From: Armatimonadota bacterium
Lineage (GTDB): Bacteria > Armatimonadota > SYMT01
DNA: 64,000 nt
NCBI GenBank assembly: GCA_041690135.1
Contig: JAWLHY010000006.1
Coordinates: 326,337 to 390,336 of the forward strand
Reading direction: 5' to 3'
Every line of letters begins with the position of its first letter. Position 1 is the first letter of the stretch. The translations under genes were made by a program, and so were the position numbers. Of the stretch, positions 57,308 to 64,000 are shown piece by piece. Below the pieces are notes generated by a model. It saw only the letters and a program-made list of their open reading frames with translations. It had not been told where the DNA came from and did no database searches.

Positions 57308-58699
57308 CTACGGTTCCCGTAGGACGTAGCGGGCCAGGTGAACCAGGGCGTTGATCCCGTCGTGATAGAGGGCGGACGCGGGCTCCTGTGCTTTGCCGGC
57401 GTGCGTGATGCGGGTCACGCCGGCTGCGGCCAGGAGATCGCTCAACCTTTCTCGACGCGGGGACGTTGCTTCCAGGGCCGCGGAGATCAACACGCCGCGC
57501 CAGGATGCGAGGTGCGCAGCCACCTCTTCTGCATCTTCGAGGGGGCGGAGGATCGCCGTGCGGTTCAGGGGAGAGGGGAAAAGGCCCGGCTCCGGTTCAA
57601 CCACAACGGTCCAGGCGGTGCCTGGATCGCTGGCGTAGTAGCGGTACCGTTCGTCCGCTAGAGCCCGCATCTCCACTCCCGCCCGGTACTGATGGATGGC
57701 CGCCGCTTCATCCGTATCCAGCTTCCGCCGTGGGATCTCCCCCGCCAACTTCTCGAACGCCTCGGCCAGCGCCTCGGCGAACCTCTCCGGACTCACTTCC
57801 CCGCCGCGCTCGATGAACACCGCTTGTGGGGAGAGGCACCCCTGCTGATCGAAGAGACAGTAGTCCATCGCCACCGCCTGGGCCAGGCTGGAGAGGTCTG
57901 CCTCACCCAGCACTTCTCGCGTCAGGAGGGTGAAGCTGAGGCGATGGCCATACCCCACGAAGCGGGTGTGGGGCCGAAGTCGCGCGCGCACCGACGCGAG
58001 CGCCGGGTCGCTCCCGTAAACCACGACCGCGTCGGCCGCATCAAACACCTTCGCTTCGATGGCGGTGTCTCCCCCATCCCAGCCGGTCACGGCGAGACCG
58101 GCGGCAAGCTCCGGATCGATTTCCGCCAGGGAGCGGGCGTAGAGGGGCAGGAGGACCGGCTCCTCACCACTGGTTTTGACCAGGAGTGGCGACTTGAGCA
58201 GCAGGAACTGCACCAGCGACGGCAGTGCCGCGCCGGGAATGTTGCCGCTGGCAATCAGTACTCCCAGCGAAGGACCGAAGACGCTCAGGTCGCCTCGTGG
58301 CACGGTCGTGAACCCGTCGAGGGCCGTGGGAAGAATGCCCGCCGCGTGGAACCATCCCTCCAGTTCCCGGCGATCGAGACTGGCGAACAACTGGCGGAGC
58401 GAGGCGTCGATGGAAGCGCGAGCGTAGCCCGTCGCCGCGTGGAGGGCCTCCACAGCTTCCCCTCGCAGTCTGCTTCCCGTCTTGGCCCACCTGCGATGGA
58501 GCGTATCCAGGCAAGCCAGGATCCTCTCTCGCGAGCAGGCTTGCAGTACCGGCCCCCGCGCCGCCAGTTCGGCGACAATGCGAGAGGCAAACTCCGGCGT
58601 CACGGTGGTGCGAAGATAACGGTAGCCGGTCCGGGTGACCCCCTCCGCGGGCGGGTTGCCGGGATCGAGTGAGGGTGGAAAGTACTGGGCGAGGAGCAT
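57308..58699 (-). CDS. LuxC-family acyl-CoA/acyl-protein reductase
   Basis: SGNIP, VKTS, VVYGSD, GYGHRLSF, catalytic DQQGCLSP, HDG. Confidence 0.88.
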   Translation of the reverse strand: MLLAQYFPPSLDPGNPPAEGVTRTGYRYLRTTVTPEFASRIVAELAARGPVLQACSRERILACLDTLHRRWAKTGSRLRGEAVEALHAATGYARASIDASLRQLFASLDRRELEGWFHAAGILPTALDGFTTVPRGDLSVFGPSLGVLIASGNIPGAALPSLVQFLLLKSPLLVKTSGEEPVLLPLYARSLAEIDPELAAGLAVTGWDGGDTAIEAKVFDAADAVVVYGSDPALASVRARLRPHTRFVGYGHRLSFTLLTREVLGEADLSSLAQAVAMDYCLFDQQGCLSPQAVFIERGGEVSPERFAEALAEAFEKLAGEIPRRKLDTDEAAAIHQYRAGVEMRALADERYRYYASDPGTAWTVVVEPEPGLFPSPLNRTAILRPLEDAEEVAAHLASWRGVLISAALEATSPRRERLSDLLAAAGVTRITHAGKAQEPASALYHDGINALVHLARYVLREP

Positions 58700-58720
58700 C
58701 CGGGAACCTCTTGCGGCGCA

Positions 58721-59830
58721 TCAGCGGGAAGCCAGGAACTCCTCGACTGCCAAGGAGCAGCCGCGGGGCTCGGCTCCGGAAGCCCGTCCGAGCACCTCAA
58801 AACCCTCTCCCCGGGCGACGCCCAGGTCATCCGTCTGAATGGCGGCCACGGTGTGGAGGTTGGCGAGATCATGGTGCCGCAGCAGGCCCACTTCCCCATC
58901 CGGCAGCGGTTGCAGGGTATCGGCGTCGACCACCTGGGTCCGGACCCACGGGGGCGGGATCTTCACGCGCCCCTCAACCGGGGGGATTGGTTCTCCACGC
59001 AGGCTGTCCCGGAGCACCTCATCGTAGAACTGGCTGCCCATTTCGGTCATTCCATATTCGTTGACGACGTGGCTTTCCGGCACTCCCAGGGCGGCGGAAT
59101 ACAGGCCGTACAACTCCACTTTAGGCACTTCCCGCGAGCGGCCCTTATAGCCTCCGGTATCCATGATCCGCGAGCCGGGCGGCAATTGGAAGCGGCGTCC
59201 TTCCCCTTCCAGCCAGTCCAGGAAATGCACGAAGCCGAAGGCGGTGCCCAGGAGGCAGACCGGTTCTCCTTCCGCCTCGGCCTTCTCCAGGGCGGCGGCG
59301 AGACAGCCGAACCGCGGCCCGGTGTCGGTCCAGAAGATCCCGCTTCCGGCCGTCCCGAACCGCTCCAGCACGCGGGAGTTCATGTGGCCGAGCGACGAGT
59401 GCGGATGGTACTTCGCCGAAGGACCCACGACGAGGACCCGGATCGTCTCTCGGTCCGGCAGGAGATGGGCCCGGAAGTTGGGCTCCAGCGAGGCATCGTA
59501 TAGCACGGTGTCCGGCAGCAGATGCCTCCCCCGCTTCTCCTCACCCCGCGTGGTCCCGCTGGTAATGTAGACGACCCTAACCGCTTCCGGAGCCACCGTG
59601 GTCAGGTCCGCTTCCTTGAAGGCGTTGGTAGGAAGCGCGGGAATCTGCCGCCAGTCCGAAACGGTCTCCGGCGTCCGGCGGCGGGCACGACAGTAGGCCG
59701 CGTAGGGACGGTTGTGAGCGAACTGGTGCGCAAACACCGTCAGCGCGAGCCGGTTGAACTCCGGCTCGGACGGCGGGCGGTCTACCCCCGCGGCCATCAC
59801 CGCGAGCAGCTCTTCGGCCAGGGCGCTCAT
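58721..59830 (-). CDS. LuxE-family acyl-protein synthetase
   Basis: IPALP..AFK, TSGTT, DTGGYKG, NEYGMTE, DLAN, TDDLG, C-terminal RGCS. Confidence 0.9.
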   Translation of the reverse strand: MSALAEELLAVMAAGVDRPPSEPEFNRLALTVFAHQFAHNRPYAAYCRARRRTPETVSDWRQIPALPTNAFKEADLTTVAPEAVRVVYITSGTTRGEEKRGRHLLPDTVLYDASLEPNFRAHLLPDRETIRVLVVGPSAKYHPHSSLGHMNSRVLERFGTAGSGIFWTDTGPRFGCLAAALEKAEAEGEPVCLLGTAFGFVHFLDWLEGEGRRFQLPPGSRIMDTGGYKGRSREVPKVELYGLYSAALGVPESHVVNEYGMTEMGSQFYDEVLRDSLRGEPIPPVEGRVKIPPPWVRTQVVDADTLQPLPDGEVGLLRHHDLANLHTVAAIQTDDLGVARGEGFEVLGRASGAEPRGCSLAVEEFLASR

Positions 59831-61041
59831 GCCGGCGCTCCGCTGGCCGCCAGCGCCGTCTCCAATCCCCGGAGACCCCGCTCCAGCTCGTCTTCCCGGA
59901 GGTTCAACGGGGGGGCCAACCGCACGATGGTGTTGCTGTGGAGGGTCCAACCGACGATGACCCCCTCTTCGAAGGCGCGCCGGACGAAGCGGGCGGTCCG
60001 CTCCGGCGTGTCGAGCTCAAAACCGATGAGCATCCCCAGCCCTCGCACGTCGCGGACCCCACCGTGGGCTTCTCCGAAGGAACGCAGCGCGGCGCGGATC
60101 CTTTCTCCGGTCGCGGCGGCGCGGGCCGGGAGATCCTCTTCCAGGATGACCCGGAGCGAGGCTAGACCGGCGGCGCAGCAAACCGGGTGACCGCCGAACG
60201 TCGTCACGTGGGCCAACGGCGGATCATGGGAAAGGCACCGCATCAAGTCCGGCGCGCCGACAAAGGCGCCCAACGGCATGCCGCCGCCGAGGGCTTTCGC
60301 CAGCACCAGCACGTCGGGAACCACGTCCCAGTGTTCGCCGGCGATGAACCGACCGGTTCGCCCCATTCCGGTCTGGACCTCGTCGAAAATCAGGAGCGCC
60401 CCTACCTCGGAGCAGCGGCGACGCAGGGCCGGCAGCCACTCCGCCGGGGGGACCCGCACGCCGCCTTCTCCCTGGATCGGCTCCGTAATGACGCCGGCAA
60501 CCCGCTCGCCGATGCGTTCCAGAGCCCCCACTTCCCCAAAGGGTAGGAACTCCACCTCGGGCAAGAGCGGGAGGAACGGGTTGCGGTAGACCTCCCGACC
60601 GGTCACCGAAAGCGACCCCTGGGTGTCGCCGTGATAGCTGTTCTGAAAGGCCACCAACCGGGACCGGCCCGTGTACTTCTTGGCAAGCTTCAGAGCCCCT
60701 TCATTCGCTTCGGTGCCGCTGTTGGTGAAGTAGACGACGGAAAGCGGGTCCGGGAGGGCCTGCGACAGCAACTCCGCCAGGCGGACCTGCGGCTCCAGCA
60801 CGTACTCGCCGTAGACCATTGCGTGGAGGTACTTCCCCGCCTGCTCCCGGATCGCTTCCACCACCGCCGGGTGCGCGTGCCCAACGTTGTTGACACCGAT
60901 CCCGGCCAGGAAGTCGATGAACTCGCGGCCGTCCGCCGCACGCAGCGTGGCACTCTGCGCCGATTCGATCACCAGGCCCAGCGGCTCGTCCGACGTCTGG
61001 CAGACGTGGCGCTTGAATGGGTCCGTTAACTCGTGCTGCAT
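59827..61041 (-). CDS. Class III PLP aminotransferase (acetylornithine/omega-aminotransferase family)
   Basis: SGTEANE, SYHG, EPIQGEGG, DEVQTGMGRTG, AKALGGG, TTFGG. Confidence 0.93.
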   Translation of the reverse strand: MQHELTDPFKRHVCQTSDEPLGLVIESAQSATLRAADGREFIDFLAGIGVNNVGHAHPAVVEAIREQAGKYLHAMVYGEYVLEPQVRLAELLSQALPDPLSVVYFTNSGTEANEGALKLAKKYTGRSRLVAFQNSYHGDTQGSLSVTGREVYRNPFLPLLPEVEFLPFGEVGALERIGERVAGVITEPIQGEGGVRVPPAEWLPALRRRCSEVGALLIFDEVQTGMGRTGRFIAGEHWDVVPDVLVLAKALGGGMPLGAFVGAPDLMRCLSHDPPLAHVTTFGGHPVCCAAGLASLRVILEEDLPARAAATGERIRAALRSFGEAHGGVRDVRGLGMLIGFELDTPERTARFVRRAFEEGVIVGWTLHSNTIVRLAPPLNLREDELERGLRGLETALAASGAPA

Positions 61042-62174
61042 AGCTCTCTCAGCGCCGCCTCCAGCTCTTCGCGCACCCAGTCCTCTTCTTCCGCGTCCAG
61101 GCGCCGACGCACGGCATCGCCGGCCGCCGGTCCGCCCAGACGGCCCAACGCCCATGCCGCGTGCCCACGGACCAGGGGCTCCTCGTGCTCCAGCGCCCGG
61201 ACCAGCGCGGGTACCGCGGCCGGATCTCCACTATTCCCGAGGGCAACACACACGTTGCGCAGGAGGCCCTGTCGCTTGGTCCGCTTCACCGGGCTGCGGC
61301 GGAACGTTTCCTGGAACTGCTCCACCGTCATCTCCAGGAGCGGGATCAACTCCGGCGCCTTCAGGGCGTCCCGGGGCGCCAGGCGGGGGTCCGAACCCAC
61401 CGCGGCCTTGCGGTTCCACGGGCACACCTCCTGGCAAATATCACACCCAAAGATCCAATTGCCGATGAGCGGCCGCATTTCTCGCGGGATAGGCCCCCGG
61501 AGTTCGATGGTGAGGTAGGAGATGCAGCGGCGGGCATCCAGCACGTACGGGGCAACGAAGGCTCCCGTGGGGCAGGCGTCCTGGCACCGGGTGCAGGTGC
61601 CACAGTGCGCGGAGACGGCGCCGTCGGGCGGCAGCTCCACGTTCAACAGCAGGGCACCCAGGAAGAAGTAGCTTCCCTGGCGCGTGTTGAGGAGGCAGGT
61701 GTTCTTGCCGAACCACCCCAGCCCCGCGCGCGCGGCGAGATCCCGTTCCAGAAGAGGGCCGGTATCCACGTAGTAGCGCCCGGCCAGGTCGCGAGGGCCC
61801 CACTGCACCGCCCAGGCACGCAGTCGCCGGAGCTTTCCGGCAATCACCTCGTGGTAGTCCTCCCCTACCGCGTAGCGGGCGAACTGTCCCCGGCTGGGAT
61901 CGTGCCGTTCCGCCGGGTCGGGCTCCCAGGTGTGGTAGTTGAGCCCCGCGACAAGGATGGAAGCGGTCTCCGGCCAGACGATGCCGGGGTCCGAGCGCCG
62001 CTCCGGATCGCGCGTCAGGTAGTGCATCTCGCCGGCGCGACCGTCCCGCACCCAGTCGAGGTACGCCTGGCGTGTCTCGGCGGGCGTGGCGGCCGCAATC
62101 CCCGCCAGCTCAAATCCCTCGCGCTTCGCTGCCTCCAGCAACCGCTGCTTGAACTCCGTCGCATCCCATTCCAT
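61026..62174 (-). CDS. queG: Epoxyqueuosine reductase with C-terminal HEAT repeat
   Basis: DYH, VDTGP..ER, GKN, CGTCTRCQDACP, CISYLTIE, GCDICQEVCPWN. Confidence 0.95.
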   Translation of the reverse strand: MEWDATEFKQRLLEAAKREGFELAGIAAATPAETRQAYLDWVRDGRAGEMHYLTRDPERRSDPGIVWPETASILVAGLNYHTWEPDPAERHDPSRGQFARYAVGEDYHEVIAGKLRRLRAWAVQWGPRDLAGRYYVDTGPLLERDLAARAGLGWFGKNTCLLNTRQGSYFFLGALLLNVELPPDGAVSAHCGTCTRCQDACPTGAFVAPYVLDARRCISYLTIELRGPIPREMRPLIGNWIFGCDICQEVCPWNRKAAVGSDPRLAPRDALKAPELIPLLEMTVEQFQETFRRSPVKRTKRQGLLRNVCVALGNSGDPAAVPALVRALEHEEPLVRGHAAWALGRLGGPAAGDAVRRRLDAEEEDWVREELEAALRELCSTS

Positions 62175-62211
62175 GGGGAGGATGGTACCACTGCGGGGGA
62201 GGATGGAGCAA

Positions 62212-62393
62212 GGCTTCGCCGATTAGGATGAAGATTTGGATGAGGATAAGGACGAGGAAGATAAGGATAAAGATAAGGAAGGATGAGGATGAGGATGAGG
62301 ATGAGGACGGAGTAGATAAGGACGAAGACGATAAGGATAAGGATCCGCGGCTTCGCCGATTAGGATGAGGATTAGGACGAGGATAAGGATGAG
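62212..62393. repeat. Two GGCTTCGCCGATTAGGATGA heads, each followed by GATGAG/GATAAG hexamer tracts
   Basis: Heads at 62212 and 62349. Confidence 0.85.
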
Positions 62394-62394
62394 G

Positions 62395-62438
62395 TGCACA
62401 GAGAAGCCCGGGCGCGTCCGCCCGGGCTTCTCTGTGCA
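62395..62438. terminator. Perfect 20-bp hairpin
   Basis: TGCACAGAGAAGCCCGGGCG-cgtc-CGCCCGGGCTTCTCTGTGCA. Confidence 0.75.
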
Positions 62439-62482
62439 ATCTATTGGCCCGTTTCGGGCAATCGGTCTCGCCGGAATGGCGA

Positions 62483-62689
62483 TCAGGCGGCGACGGCGGT
62501 CTCACCAATGGTGGCGATGGCGGCGTCGGCGGCGCGCAGGGCGGCGCGGACTTCTTCCGCCGCCTGCAGCGATTCCGGCCGGGTGCAGCCGCGGCTCGCG
62601 GCGCGAGCGCTGCGGATGGCATCCCGCCACGAGGTGTGCCCGTAGTTCAACTGAAGAATAATGAAGGCCAAGCGCTGTCGAGATGTCAT
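62483..62689 (-). CDS. Small Ala-rich hypothetical protein, 68 aa
   Basis: TAAGGA RBS; GC3-rich codons; hairpin directly downstream. Confidence 0.6.
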   Translation of the reverse strand: MTSRQRLAFIILQLNYGHTSWRDAIRSARAASRGCTRPESLQAAEEVRAALRAADAAIATIGETAVAA

Positions 62690-63138
62690 CTGTTTCCTTA
62701 CAAATCACTCGCAAAATGGCGGGCTACCCGCAAACCAAGGGAGTATATCACCCGCGTCAAGAGGTCCACTTTAACTGTGGGTTAACCTCTGCCTACCTGG
62801 CGCCGAACGGGGTCCGCCACGGGTGCACACACAAGCTCGGAGTGTAGCGGAACGGACGACACCGAGTCAAGAGACAATTGTTGAATAGTTGTTCGCACGC
62901 ATCAGATTGAGAGTCCCGGTGACCTATACAGGTTCTACCGTGAGCCGGAAACAAGCATACCGAAAGGTCGCTAAGGGACATGCTCGCCACCGCTCCAGCC
63001 ACACTTGAGCTTCGCCAAGAAATAAATTTGTGCGGGGGGGCTATAAGAAGGATGTGTGGCTATTTTCAGTGAAATGGCAGGCGGTTGCCAGAGTACCGGA
63101 CAGCTCAGAGGCTACTTCAACAACAAGAGGAGAGTACG

Positions 63139-63702
63139 ATGAGAGCAAGAGACCTGAAACAGGCTGTGCGCCGTGGCGCCGTGGTCCTCGCCGGCACGAC
63201 GTTGGCCTTCTATGCCTGCGCAGCCGCTGCCGTTTCCGTTGCTGTAGCACCTGCAACCGGAACCTACCTCGCAACTACTGCTGGGGGTGGTCTCCAAGCG
63301 GAGATCGAGGTGCGCGGACACCTCAGCTACGCAACAAGCCAGGGGCAGGGCGGCACCTACTACTACTGGCCGACACACACAGACAATGACTGCGGCAATT
63401 CCTACTGTTCTGGCGGCAGAGTGGGGTATCAGAGGTATGCCTGTAAGGCCGGGACCGGTTTGGGTAGCGACAACGTGGACTGTGAGTTCTACGGGGACTG
63501 CCGCCTATTCAAAGGGAGCACTGCAATGACGCCACTGAATCCCCAATTGTACATCATGAACTATGATGGTGAAGTTAGCGAAGATCCCTGGTACGCCGGT
63601 TCAGGGTTCACCACCAATTTGACTGTCCAGTTCAAAGTGGGTGCGTGGCCAAGCGACGACGAGGAGAACTGGACAGCAGTAACGGCTTCACCCGGCCTGT
63701 AG
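63139..63702 (+). CDS. Exported hypothetical protein (Tyr/Gly/Cys-containing)
   Basis: AGAGGAG RBS; signal peptide; lower GC than the flanking genes. Confidence 0.7.
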   Translation: MRARDLKQAVRRGAVVLAGTTLAFYACAAAAVSVAVAPATGTYLATTAGGGLQAEIEVRGHLSYATSQGQGGTYYYWPTHTDNDCGNSYCSGGRVGYQRYACKAGTGLGSDNVDCEFYGDCRLFKGSTAMTPLNPQLYIMNYDGEVSEDPWYAGSGFTTNLTVQFKVGAWPSDDEENWTAVTASPGL

Positions 63703-63725
63703 CCGGACATTTGCGAATGAAGACT

Positions 63726-64000
63726 ATGAAACGCGCAAGGGCACTTGTACTTGTTGCCGGTAGTATTGCCTTTGGAGCTACAGTGACTCTCCAGGCGGCG
63801 CCACCGGACCAACGTCTGGGGAAGGTGTTTACCTGTTCAGTTCCCCGAGCCTCGCTGGAGACGGGATTGCGTGCCCTGGGACGTGACGCCGGAGTACCGC
63901 TGGCCAGCGGTACTCCGGCCCTGGCTCGCCGGCCGGTCCTCTTGTACGTACGAGGTCAGTCCGTAGAATCCGTCATGGGCCAGATTGGCGCGTTTTTCTC
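63726..64000 (+). CDS. Exported protein with STN-like N-terminus, truncated by the window edge
   Basis: MKRARALVLVAG...DQRLGKVFT...SLETGLRALGRDAGVPL...VLLYVRGQSVESVMGQIG; open to the edge. Confidence 0.65.
   Translation, partial: MKRARALVLVAGSIAFGATVTLQAAPPDQRLGKVFTCSVPRASLETGLRALGRDAGVPLASGTPALARRPVLLYVRGQSVESVMGQIGAFF

Noticed and set aside
57308-59830. Bioluminescence operon
   Set aside because: No luxA, luxB, luxD or luxG in the window; luxC/luxE homologs are common in non-luminous bacteria
62110-62622. ORF with poly-Ser and an ILIFIL 'TM' stretch
   Set aside because: Translation artefact of the hexamer repeat tract; overlaps queG

Overview
GC-rich (roughly two-thirds G+C by eye), gene-dense bacterial chromosome segment. 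It is probably Armatimonadota or a similar lineage; this is inferred from DUF1559/H-X9-DG prepilin-like proteins, a membrane-anchored ECF sigma factor and an STN-like exported protein. I saw no rRNA, tRNA, CRISPR array, transposase or integrase. Left to right the window holds: a Trm112-like/SAM methyltransferase, a small ORF missing from the track, and a GNAT; a VWA-TM-FHA gene, an alternative sigma70, an atypical secretin and a prepilin; an ECF operon (sigma fused to a TM and an extracytoplasmic domain, an 8-Cys secreted peptide, a pseudopilin, a redoxin) with two mirror-image ECF-type promoters, the second pointing at a candidate ~90-nt sRNA; a GH78 rhamnosidase; an AMIN-amidase; a repeat-rich spacer and a mosaic of small or broken hypothetical genes; cell-surface glycan genes and nagA; TPM/LemA; an orphan MraZ-STAS fusion; housekeeping genes (ThuA, metallophosphoesterase, Sua5, GHL10, TlpA, Ppx); a sugar ABC transporter; a DUF296-T2SSE_N fusion; an RRM protein with a long structured leader; a DUF3419 plus motif-degenerate adenylate-forming enzyme pair; PP2C; a Yeh-type SWIM/DUF5691/MoxR/DUF5682/VWA operon; HtrA; a queG-aminotransferase-luxE-luxC operon; and exported proteins at the right edge. 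The best candidates for an undescribed system are (1) the ECF/Cys-peptide/pseudopilin/redoxin/sRNA module, (2) the luciferase-free LuxE-LuxC-transaminase operon and (3) the DUF3419/pseudo-ligase pair. All family calls are by-eye motif recognition; no database searches were run.
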